From the NCBI GenBank assembly GCA_049971295.1, contig JBMFLH010000031.1, positions 1 to 20,043 on the forward strand: DNA of 20,043 nt. Direction: 5' to 3'. How positions within the stretch are numbered: the first letter of the stretch is position 1; each line of letters opens with the position of its first letter. Both the position numbers and the translations under genes were made by a program. The notes under the pieces are model-generated. The model did not search any database. It was not told the origin of the DNA and saw only the letters and a list, made by a program, of their open reading frames with translations. The DNA is from Candidatus Ratteibacteria bacterium. Its GTDB lineage: Bacteria; Ratteibacteria; UBA8468; B48-G9; DTJG01. Positions 1-9,000 of this stretch are shown piece by piece.

Positions 1-61
1 ACATACACCCATCCATAATTTTTGTCATATCTATCCCCCAAACTTCTTTTGACTGCTCCAT
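1..61 (-). CDS. Possible 5' end of a divergently transcribed gene running off the left edge (product unknown)
   Basis: Minus-strand frame is open from ATG at 61 (MEQSKEVWGIDMTKIMDGCM...) to the window edge. An in-frame ATG at 28 follows a GGGGGA SD-like run resembling those before 5026 and 6022. A TGTGGTAAAA motif lies just upstream (74-83). Too short to identify. Confidence 0.3.
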   Translation of the reverse strand, partial: MEQSKEVWGIDMTKIMDGCM

Positions 62-115
62 TTTCTTTTCCATTTTTACCACAAAAAGTGAATATGTTGA
101 AATTAAGATAGGGTA

Positions 116-144
116 TGGATATGAAAGGTAAAATGTAGTAGAAT
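116..144 (+). promoter_or_regulatory. Putative sigma70-type promoter for the sugar-nucleotide operon
   Basis: TGGATA (116-121), 17 nt spacer, TAGAAT (139-144), 40 nt upstream of ATG 185. Pattern match only. Confidence 0.3.
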
Positions 145-184
145 AAACAGGGAGAAAATTAGAATTTTCAACGGAGTAAAATCA

Positions 185-1156
185 ATGGATGGAGCGAAAA
201 TTGCAGTAGTTGGCGGTGGCTATTGGGGCAAAAATCTTATACGCGTTTTTTATCAACTTGGCGGGCTTTCAGCGATATGTGATTTAAATCATTCTTTGAG
301 AGAAACTTATGAATCCAGTTTTAAGAGGGTAAAATTTATATCTGATGTAGAAGAGCTGCTCGGCGATGACAGTATCAATGGTGTTGTTATAGCAACGCCC
401 GCGGCAACTCATTATGAAATTGGAAGGAGATTTCTTGAGGCAGGGAAAGATGTCTTTATTGAAAAGCCCCTTGCATTGACGAAGGCAGATGGAGAAAAAC
501 TTGTTGAACTTTCTAAAAAAAACAATTGTATTTTAATGGTGGGCCATATTCTCCATTATCATCCGGCAGTCGTAAAGCTAAAACAGTTAATAAAAGATGA
601 TGAACTTGGCAATCTGCAATATCTGTATTCAAATCGGCTCAATATTGGTAGAATAAGGCATGAAGAAAATATTCTCTGGAGCTTTGCCCCACACGATATT
701 TCATTGATGCTATCACTGGCAGGAGAAATGCCTGATTCTGTAAATGCATTTGGCAAACCATATCTTCCCCATCCAGTGGAAGATGTGACAATCACTTTCT
801 TTTCGTTTCCATCTGGTATTACAGCCCATATTTTTGTCTGCTGGCTGAATCCATTTAAGGAACAGAAATTTGTTGCGATTGGAAGTAAAAAGATGGCTGT
901 ATTTGATGATACAAGTAAAACCAATAAACTTGTCCTTTATCATCATAAAATCAACTGGTCAGAAAAAGAAATTCCATCAATCGAAAAGGACGAAGGGATT
1001 TCTGTAGAAATTGAAAATTATGAACCGTTGCTTGAAGAAGCAAGACATTTTTTTGAATGTATCGAAAAAAGAAGAAAACCCATTACAGATGGTGAAGAAG
1101 GATTACGGGTACTCGCCGTTTTAGAAATGGCGCAAAATTCATTGCATAAGAAATGA
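185..1156 (+). CDS. wbpB: Gfo/Idh/MocA family NAD-dependent oxidoreductase, WbpB/WlbA-like (UDP-GlcNAcA 3-dehydrogenase type)
   Basis: Rossmann motif IAVVGGGYWG, ATPAATH, diagnostic VFIEKP, LMVGH and WSFAPHD. GGAG SD at 173-176. The specific call rests on the adjacent WbpD- and WbpE-like genes. Confidence 0.85.
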   Translation: MDGAKIAVVGGGYWGKNLIRVFYQLGGLSAICDLNHSLRETYESSFKRVKFISDVEELLGDDSINGVVIATPAATHYEIGRRFLEAGKDVFIEKPLALTKADGEKLVELSKKNNCILMVGHILHYHPAVVKLKQLIKDDELGNLQYLYSNRLNIGRIRHEENILWSFAPHDISLMLSLAGEMPDSVNAFGKPYLPHPVEDVTITFFSFPSGITAHIFVCWLNPFKEQKFVAIGSKKMAVFDDTSKTNKLVLYHHKINWSEKEIPSIEKDEGISVEIENYEPLLEEARHFFECIEKRRKPITDGEEGLRVLAVLEMAQNSLHKK

Positions 1157-1740
1157 GGAAAAATGTGAAAGATTATTTTGTTCATGAGTCCTCGTTTGTT
1201 GATGATAATGTAATAATTGGAAAAGGAACAAAGATATGGCATTTCTGCCACATTTTGAAAAATGTACGAATTGGTGAAAATTGCGTACTTGGACAGAATG
1301 TAATGGCAGGACCTGATGTTGTTATTGGCAATAACTGTAAGATACAAAACAATGTTTCAATCTATAAGGGTGTTACTCTTGAAGATGATGTTTTCTGCGG
1401 GCCATCCTGTGTTTTTACTAATGTCATCAATCCCCGGGCATTCATTGAACGGAAGAATGAATTTAAACAAACTTTTATAAAGAAAGGAGCAACCATAGGA
1501 GCAAATGCTACCATAGTTTGTGGAAATATTATAGGCAGGTACGCGCTTGTTGGCGCAGGCGCGGTTGTGACTCATGATGTGCCGGATTATGGGCTTGTTG
1601 TTGGAGTTCCTGCAAAACAGGTGGGCTGGGTGTGTAAGTGCGGTATAACCCTGGAATTTGACAGAAATATTGCAAAATGTGTTTGTGGAAATGCTTACAA
1701 AATAGAATCAGGAAAATTAATGGTTCTACAAGAAAAATAG
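1153..1740 (+). CDS. wbpD: Hexapeptide-repeat (left-handed beta-helix) N-acetyltransferase, WbpD/WlbB-like
   Basis: IGKGTKIWHFCHI, KIQNNVSIYKGVTLEDDVFCGPSCVFTNVINPRA, GATIGANATIVCG and VVGVPAKQVGWVCKCG are typical of WbpD. C-terminal CxCG...CxCG tail. ATGA overlap with the upstream stop. Confidence 0.9.
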   Translation: MRKNVKDYFVHESSFVDDNVIIGKGTKIWHFCHILKNVRIGENCVLGQNVMAGPDVVIGNNCKIQNNVSIYKGVTLEDDVFCGPSCVFTNVINPRAFIERKNEFKQTFIKKGATIGANATIVCGNIIGRYALVGAGAVVTHDVPDYGLVVGVPAKQVGWVCKCGITLEFDRNIAKCVCGNAYKIESGKLMVLQEK

Positions 1741-1748
1741 GAGAAATA

Positions 1749-2906
1749 ATGACCATACCAATGCTTGACTTGAAACGAGAATACGAATATATGAAAAACG
1801 ATATTGACCGGGCGATAAGAAAATGCCTTGAACATCAGAAGTGGATTCTGGGTTCTGAAGTAGAAGAACTTGAAAAGAAGATTTCTGATTATCTTGGCGT
1901 AAAATTCTGCGTCGGCGTATCGTCAGGAACAGATGCGCTTGTTCTTGGCTTGAGAGCGCTCGCGCTGAAAACCAGGGGAAAAGAATTCTTTGAAAGTACC
2001 AGTGAGATTATTACCACTCCTTTTACCTTTACTGCTACAGGAGACGCTATTTTGAGAAGTGGCGCGATACCAGTATTTGTTGACATAGACCCTCAAACTT
2101 TTAATATAGACGTAGGCAAGGTTGCAGAGTATTTGGAAAATCAGGGAGATAAGGTTGTTGGGATTCTTCCTGTACACCTTTATGGTCTTGCCTGCAATAT
2201 GGATGAAATAATGGGACTGGCTGAAAAAAATAAGGTATTCGTGTTTGAAGATGTTGCCCAGGCATTTGGGGGAAGATGGAAAAATAAGAAACTTGGCAGT
2301 ATTGGACAATCTGGCGCCTTCAGTTTTTTCCCTTCAAAAAATCTTGGTGGGTTTGGTGATGGAGGAATGGTCGCTACAAATGATAATGAAATTGCTGATA
2401 TTGTCAGGATACTGCTGAAACACGGGGGAAAGGATAAATACAATGTTGACTATCTTGGATATAATGCAAGATTGGATACAATCCAGGCGTCTGTGCTTGT
2501 GGCAAAGTTCAAGTATCTTGACCAATTTAATGAAAAGAGAAGAATGATTGCCAATTTTTACAATGAGAATCTGAAAGAAATTGAACAGATTGTTACTCCT
2601 GAAATTATTCCGAATGCTTATCATGTATATCATCAGTACACAATCAGAGTAAAAAATGGAAAAAGGGACGGGTTGCAGAATTATTTGAAAGAAAAAGGAA
2701 TTGCAACAATGATTTATTATCCAGTATGCTTGCACAGGATGAAACTTTTTGAAGGAAAAAGTAAAGTGTTCAAAACTTTAATAAATGCAGACAACATCAC
2801 CTCTGAAGTGTTAAGCTTACCCATCGAACCATTGATGAAAAATGAGGAATTACAACAAATCGTTAGCGAAATAAAAAGTTATTTTGCCAAAAATGGGGCG
2901 CAATAA
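1749..2906 (+). CDS. wbpE: DegT/DnrJ/EryC1/StrS family PLP-dependent sugar aminotransferase, WbpE/WlbC-like (385 aa)
   Basis: SSGTDAL, PVFVDID, PVHLYG, EDVAQAFG, PLP-lysine motif FSFFPSKNLGGFGDGG, GYNARLDTIQA. Start moved from 1677 to ATG 1749 because AGGAGA lies at 1739-1744 and the N-terminus then reads IPMLDLKREY. Confidence 0.9.
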   Translation: MTIPMLDLKREYEYMKNDIDRAIRKCLEHQKWILGSEVEELEKKISDYLGVKFCVGVSSGTDALVLGLRALALKTRGKEFFESTSEIITTPFTFTATGDAILRSGAIPVFVDIDPQTFNIDVGKVAEYLENQGDKVVGILPVHLYGLACNMDEIMGLAEKNKVFVFEDVAQAFGGRWKNKKLGSIGQSGAFSFFPSKNLGGFGDGGMVATNDNEIADIVRILLKHGGKDKYNVDYLGYNARLDTIQASVLVAKFKYLDQFNEKRRMIANFYNENLKEIEQIVTPEIIPNAYHVYHQYTIRVKNGKRDGLQNYLKEKGIATMIYYPVCLHRMKLFEGKSKVFKTLINADNITSEVLSLPIEPLMKNEELQQIVSEIKSYFAKNGAQ

Positions 2907-3050
2907 AGATTGGTTTGACGAAGCAATCAAGTTGATATCATTAGATTCTGCGATGTATTTAGCAAAGTTTCAGCCCCTTTTATTGAGAAAGTAGATAGAA
3001 CAGTGTATTGGGTCCTGAAAACTCAATAATGAAATTTTAACTAAGAAATT

Positions 3051-3872
3051 CTAATTCAAGGCAATAAAGGAAAAATTGAGATTGAGCGTAATTCTCATTG
3101 GAACAGGCAAAAATTTTTCTTTCTTTTCCGGGTCAGGCACCTGAAACATGTAATTGACATCAAGGTTCAATTTCCCTGAGGTCTTTGCAATGACACCTTT
3201 CGTAGTATCAAATAGTATTTCTCCATCTGAATTGTTTTTCCCGGTTATTTTGACTTCTGTATCCTGCTGCTTTGAAGTCGTTTTTATAACTTGATTTGAA
3301 AGAAACCTGATTTTTTCGTAGCCCTTTGATGGACCTTCATAGATGTATGTGAATTCAAGTTGAGGAATTTTACCGGATGGAAAATTAAACGATTCAATTT
3401 TTTGAACCCATCGTGTTCCCTGTGTCATGGTTTCAGGAAAAACTGGGAATAATCCGATAAATGGTGCGAAATCAAGCAGCCCTCTCTTAAGAACCGCGGT
3501 TTTATGAATCCTGCCCTTTTTATCTATTTGAAGAAGCAATTGCGGAATAAATGAGGATATTTCAGTATCAGACCATGTTGTATCCTCAAAAATGTCCTCA
3601 TTAACCTGTATTTTTGATTTTTTTGCGGTTAATTTCAACTGATACAGCCCTTCTGATTCTCCAAGATTGACAAGTTCCATTAAAAAGTCAGCCCTGACTT
3701 TGAAATTTGAAGGTTTTTCATCAAATGAAGACCAACCAGCGTTTCCATTGATGTTGACCCGGTATGTCAATCTTTCAAGAGCAGGAAACTTATAACTGAA
3801 ACCTGTTTCCTGAGCAATCACTACCTGAGTAAGAAAACAAATGCTGCACGATAAAAAAAGTTTTATTTTCAT
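3051..3872 (-). CDS. Hypothetical secreted/periplasmic protein (273 aa, beta-strand rich)
   Basis: Long ORF with a signal-peptide-like N-terminus (MKIKLFLSCSICFLTQVVIA-Q). ATGA overlap (3872-3869) with the aminotransferase stop. No catalytic motif recognised. Confidence 0.75.
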   Translation of the reverse strand: MKIKLFLSCSICFLTQVVIAQETGFSYKFPALERLTYRVNINGNAGWSSFDEKPSNFKVRADFLMELVNLGESEGLYQLKLTAKKSKIQVNEDIFEDTTWSDTEISSFIPQLLLQIDKKGRIHKTAVLKRGLLDFAPFIGLFPVFPETMTQGTRWVQKIESFNFPSGKIPQLEFTYIYEGPSKGYEKIRFLSNQVIKTTSKQQDTEVKITGKNNSDGEILFDTTKGVIAKTSGKLNLDVNYMFQVPDPEKKEKFLPVPMRITLNLNFSFIALN

Positions 3873-5026
3873 TCTATCCTCTCAGCAAACTGGTTCAACC
3901 GCTTAACGGTTTCTTTCACATTTTCCATGCTTGTTGCAAAAGATATCCTGATGAACCCCTGAGCGCCAAAGTCATCTCCTGGCACAGTGGCAAGTTTTTC
4001 TTCCATCAGCAATTTTTCTGCAAGTTCCGTAGAACTGGTATTACCAATTTTCAAAAACACATAAAATGCTCCGTCGGGTTTACAGTAATGAATCAATGGA
4101 GAAATATTCTCAACGATGTAATTGCGTCGTTTTTCAAACTCTTTTACCATATCCTGAACGAAACTCTGGTCAGCAGTCAGTGCAGCAAGCGCTGCTTTCT
4201 GCGCAAATGAAGTAGGATTTGATGTTGTTTGACTTTGAATGTTTGCGATGGCTTTTGCCAGCGGCAGTTCTGCAGCAAGATACCCAATTCGCCATCCTGT
4301 CATTGCATAGGTTTTTGAAACCCCATTAACCACAACCGTCAATTTTTTCATCTCCTGGCTCAGAGAAGCAATACTGATATGCTTCAGGCCACCATAAACA
4401 AGATGTTCATAAACCTCGTCAGAAATCACGACAATTTGATGTTTGAGCGCAATCTCTGCGATTTGTTCAAGTTCATCTCTTGTATAAACGATTCCTGTTG
4501 GATTTGATGGACTGTTGAGGATGAGTACCTTTGTTTTTTCAGAAATAATTTCTTCTAAGTGGTTGAGGTCCATTTTAAAGTTTTCTTTGTACCTGCAGAT
4601 TACAGGAATTCCACCAGCAAGTTTTACCATTTCAGGATAACTGACCCAGTATGGGGCAGGAATAATCACCTGATCTTCTTCATCACACAGGGCAAAAAGT
4701 GCATTGAACAAACTATGTTTTGCTCCGCATGACACAACAATTTGATCTGGCAGGTATTCAAGGTTATTGTCCCTTTTGAATTTTTCGCAGATTGCCTGTC
4801 TGAGTGGCTTGATACCTGAAGAATCCGTATACTTAGTAAAACCTTCATTCAATGCCTTAATTGCAGCATCCTTTATGAAATCAGGTGTATCAAAGTCAGG
4901 TTCTCCCACAGAAAGATTGATAATTTTTTCGCCAGCAGCCACAAGTTCCATTGCTTTCTTATTAACCGCGAGCGTGCTTGATGGTTTAATGTTTTTTGCC
5001 TTCTGCGAAATTTTATTTTCAATCAT
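3869..5026 (-). CDS. aspC: Class I/II PLP-dependent aminotransferase, aspartate aminotransferase-like (385 aa)
   Basis: LSVGEPDFDTP, GFTKYT, CGAKHSL, PAPYWVSYPE, LNSPSNPTG, ISDEVY and PLP-lysine GVSKTYAMTGWRIGY. Start moved from 5155 to ATG 5026 (preceded by AAGGGGGG), which removes the overlap with the gene at 5115. Confidence 0.92.
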   Translation of the reverse strand: MIENKISQKAKNIKPSSTLAVNKKAMELVAAGEKIINLSVGEPDFDTPDFIKDAAIKALNEGFTKYTDSSGIKPLRQAICEKFKRDNNLEYLPDQIVVSCGAKHSLFNALFALCDEEDQVIIPAPYWVSYPEMVKLAGGIPVICRYKENFKMDLNHLEEIISEKTKVLILNSPSNPTGIVYTRDELEQIAEIALKHQIVVISDEVYEHLVYGGLKHISIASLSQEMKKLTVVVNGVSKTYAMTGWRIGYLAAELPLAKAIANIQSQTTSNPTSFAQKAALAALTADQSFVQDMVKEFEKRRNYIVENISPLIHYCKPDGAFYVFLKIGNTSSTELAEKLLMEEKLATVPGDDFGAQGFIRISFATSMENVKETVKRLNQFAERIE

Positions 5027-5042
5027 ATCCCCCCTTTTGGTT

Positions 5043-5059
5043 ATTATTTTATCACAAAA
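5043..5059 (-). promoter_or_regulatory. Putative extended -10 promoter element for the aminotransferase operon
   Basis: Minus strand reads TTTTGTGATAAAATAAT, containing TG-n-TAAAAT. It matches 15503-15519 at 16 of 17 positions. Confidence 0.45.
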
Positions 5060-5080
5060 AATTTTTTCATCACTTTTTTC

Positions 5081-5108
5081 TTGACAAGTTGAAATGAAAT
5101 GATACAAT
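5081..5108 (+). promoter_or_regulatory. Near-consensus sigma70 promoter for the surface-protein cluster
   Basis: Perfect -35 TTGACA (5081-5086), 16 nt spacer ending in TGn, -10 TACAAT (5103-5108). The predicted start site falls at about ATG 5115. Confidence 0.7.
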
Positions 5109-5114
5109 TTTCTT

Positions 5115-6008
5115 ATGAGATTAACAGTTATAAAAGTACTTGCTTTGTGTTGCATTTTTAATTGTATTTATCTTTTTGCGGAAAATTATGCTATCAGGGA
5201 TTTGCCTGAATTTTACACGCCAGGAACAAATATAACAGTGTCAATCACGGTATACACATTTCCCGAAACGCCGACCAATGGAATTATTGTAACTGAAACT
5301 CTTCCATCTGGCTGGATCCTGACTTGGTCAGATCCGTCCTGGAGCAAATATATACCATCTACAAACACCTATAAATGGCTTGCATTTAGTCAGTCTTCAA
5401 TTCCTCCTTTCACCATTAAATATAGAGTATATGTTCCAGCAGACGCAGCGGGTACATATAACTTCAATGGTGGATTTTCCGATGGTTATTCAGCAGAAGA
5501 GAGAGAAATTACTGGCGATAAATCCATTTCCCAGTTAACAGCGCAGGTTGAAAAACCAGTGTTTTCTCCTGAACCTGGCGTTTTCTATAATTTCTTTCCA
5601 GACGTTGAAATCACAACATCAACACAGAATGCTGTAATTCACTACACTGCTGATGAAACTGAACCTACAATTAATTCTTCATTATATTCCCAGCCATTGC
5701 ACATCAGTGCTACAACTACGATAAAGGCAAAGGGATTTAAAGACGGTTTTCAACCGAGTGAGATGGCAACTGGAACATATACAGTTGAGATTCAAAAAGG
5801 AGATATCAATAGAGACAGTATCATTGACATCCTGGATGTAATTCTTTGTCTTCGCATGTCTATCGAACTGGACATAGTAATCAATCAGCGGTCGTATGCC
5901 AGCCCATATACTGACTGGTTGATAACTGTGGCAGATTCTAATAACGACGGAACTATTGACATTTCAGATGTGATCAAGATTTTGAGGAAGACCGTTAACC
6001 TGAACTAA
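5115..6008 (+). CDS. Secreted modular protein: beta-sandwich (cohesin/DUF11-like) module + chitobiase/beta-hexosaminidase C-terminal-like (Fn3-associated) domain + type I dockerin
   Basis: Signal peptide aa 1-22. Module aa 26-139 (AIRDLP...GIIVTETLPSGW...ITGDKSI). aa 145-224 has PVFSPEPG...AVIHYTADETEP...TTTIKAKGFKDG. Paired Ca-loop repeats GDINRDSIIDILDV and ADSNNDGTIDISDV. Confidence 0.82.
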   Translation: MRLTVIKVLALCCIFNCIYLFAENYAIRDLPEFYTPGTNITVSITVYTFPETPTNGIIVTETLPSGWILTWSDPSWSKYIPSTNTYKWLAFSQSSIPPFTIKYRVYVPADAAGTYNFNGGFSDGYSAEEREITGDKSISQLTAQVEKPVFSPEPGVFYNFFPDVEITTSTQNAVIHYTADETEPTINSSLYSQPLHISATTTIKAKGFKDGFQPSEMATGTYTVEIQKGDINRDSIIDILDVILCLRMSIELDIVINQRSYASPYTDWLITVADSNNDGTIDISDVIKILRKTVNLN

Positions 6009-6021
6009 AAAGGGGGAGAAA

Positions 6022-9000
6022 GTGAAAAGTTTGAACGGTTTTAAATTTTTGTTTGCTTTACTGATCGTTGCTTCATTTGTTGTACACGCAGCAACCGTTT
6101 CAGGTCCATCACCAATTCGCGTAAGGGCAGGTGGAACATCAAGCTCTACTGCTGTTGATTACACTGCTGCATATGGCACTGGCGATAGTGGAGATTTTAC
6201 CTGGACTGAAACTGGCACATTGCCTGCTGGTTTGGTTACAATTTCCAGAATAGGGGGTTCACCATTTACCACAGCAAGACTTTCTGTGTCTGCCACTCCT
6301 TCAACCCAGCCTGCCTTATATCCAATTACAGTCAATGCATATCCAGCCACTGGCACTCCTGGGTTTCTTCCTGTTAATATTATAGTGGTTGAAGGACTTG
6401 GAAGTATTTCTCCAACAGCACTTAGTGCCGGTAAAGAAAATTCACCTGTTAATGTGCAATTCACAGTTTCAAGTGGTACTGGAAACTATACCTGGAGTTT
6501 ATCGGGCGCGCCAAATGGCGTTTCAATTAATCCTGCCACTGGGCTTCTTTCAGGGACTCCCCAGCCAGGGACTGCCGGAAGTTATACCCTGACAATCTCA
6601 GTGACTGATAACACGGCGCCTGTAGTCAGTACTCAGGTTATTATTCCATGGCAGGTATTTCCTGCTTACATTCCTTTGATTGATGCAGGCCAGATTTGCT
6701 ATGAAACAGGTATTGTCAGGAATGTCAATGGTGATATTACAAGCACCGGCGATTTGTATGTAAAAAATCTTGAGACAAATACTGAAAGAAGGGTGACAAA
6801 CTACGGTACAACAGGCACTGGTGCGATTTTAAATCCTATGTTTATTTCTGATGGTTCAAAAATTCTTTATACTTACAGTCCAAATCCTGCTACAACGAAT
6901 TTCAAGGTTTATCTTGTTAGTACCCAGGCGACAGTGTCTGACAGGAACCAGGGATTGATTTTAAGGAAAAACAATCAGGAAGCAATCCCACCGGCTGCAA
7001 ATGTAAAATATGCGACAATTTCTCCTAATTACAATGGGACGCAGGGACTTCTTGTATTTACATGGGAAAAAACAGATAGAACAGAACTATGGACTTATGA
7101 TTTTGCAACCGAGGCACTCTCCCAGATTAGATCAGAAGCAAATCTTGAAATCCGTCATCCAGTATTTTTAAACTCAAGTGTGATCGCATTCCTTGGAATT
7201 AAAAATGGAATGCAGGATATCTATGTGATAAACATTGATGGTTCGAGCTACAGAAAAATTACTGCGAATGTTCCAAATACTCCTTTTTATGGAAGATTGC
7301 AGAGTTCATGGAGAAACGGGACTCTCAGTAATCCACTCCTGATTTATTCAAAAAGAATTTATGAGGGATTTGGATATGGAAAATGGGATGTTTTTGTGGC
7401 TGAAGTTAACTTTGTAAACGGTACCCTCACTGAATACAATGTGACAAATACAAGGGACATTGATGAATACAGCCCGAGTTTTTTTGGTGATGACCAGAGT
7501 AGAACCTGGGTCGTGTTACAGCTTTCTGATGGTCAAATGTTCTATGAGGCAGAAGTTGTCCCTGGTTATAGGGAACTCTGGCAGGCAAACTACAACACTG
7601 TAAATCAGGCAAATAGCAATTCTGTCAAAACCCAGAGAGCAAGAAACGGCAACCTTGGACTTGCAAACTGGTCTCCAGTGCCAGCCGCAGAGGCAGGAGA
7701 GGTCGTGACCATTGACCAAACCCGTCTTATTTATCTCAAACAGGTTGGTTCTTACAGGGAAGTTTTCAGGTCAGACTATGTTGGTGGCGCATTTGACACC
7801 AATGGTGTTCAATTGACTCCATCTTCACTCAATGTTAATAAGTCCAATCCCTCAATTGCAAGAAATGGCGGAACTATTTCATTTACCATGGAATCAGTTC
7901 CCACAGCAATCAGCAAAATGAATCACGATGGTTCAGGGCTTATCCAGTTTGCAACGCACCTGAGTCAGAATCTGGACTTTTCGAGTGTGTCTCCTGATGG
8001 AAGATGGATCGTTTATGCAAGAAGAACAGCCCCTAATGTTTATGGAATCTTCGCAAAAAGGACCACCCGTGATGCTACCTATGGAGAATCGACTCTCGTT
8101 ACAAACATCCAGGCAACAGCAATAGATGCGCCTGTATTTAACCCTGACATGACGAGAATCGTTTACGCTAAACAGGACCCGGGAGGGAAATTTGATATTT
8201 ACTATGTACCGATAAAAGTTGATAGCACAGTTGATGATAGTATGATTGCGGTGGGTTCTCCAGTAAATTTAACAAATACTCCGGCAGTCCATGAAAGAAT
8301 GCCGTCATTCTCTAACACAGGCACAAAAATTATCTATTGTTCAAACAAAGAACTTGGCATAGAAGATTACGAGATTTTCACGATGGATATTAATGGTTCA
8401 GGGATAGAAAAGGTTGTTTCTGGTCCAGGCCACAGGTGGCCTGTTTACAGTCCGGTATCTGATGCCGTAGCAGGAACAGATATCATTGGCTATGTTGAAA
8501 ACAACCAGATTATGTATGCAACGCTCTCACGCATAGCACCACCAGGCACTCCTTCAGGACAGAATCCCGTAACAAATGTTGTTGCCACAGGAATAAATGT
8601 GCCCGCAGGTTATGAAAGATTTTCCTGGGGTAGAAATAGAGCAAAAGGAACGATTTTTGCGTCAAGAACCCTTGGGGCAACCACTGCTGCTGGTCAGTCA
8701 ATTACATACCAGATTACAATTGATGTTGATGAAGCAAGTATACCAAACTCATATACACTTAATGAAACCTTCTCTTCCTCGTTTAACGATATTCATGCAT
8801 TTGTAGATGGAGTGAAGGCAGATACCACACTGTATTATGATTATCCATCCACAGGAGTTCAGACCCTGAAACTTTTGTTTATGTCGGGTAAGAATGGTGG
8901 CGTAATGGACCACCTCGTAAGAGTTATCCTCAAAACGCCTTCAACGACCGGAAGCCAGGCATTTATTGGAAATGTGAGCTACACCATTGATGGTGTTCCA

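Noticed and set aside
2907..3050. Short inverted repeats (GATTG/CAATC, TTTCAG/CTGAAA, TTATTGAG/CTCAATAA) as a MITE, ncRNA or terminator
   Set aside because: The arms are short, AT-rich and partly interleaved, with no target-site duplication or U-tract, so they are compatible with chance.
5040..5057. Rex operator upstream of aspC (TTGTGATAAAATAATAAC on the minus strand)
   Set aside because: Only the left half matches TTGTGAA-N4-TTCACAA. An extended -10 element explains it better.
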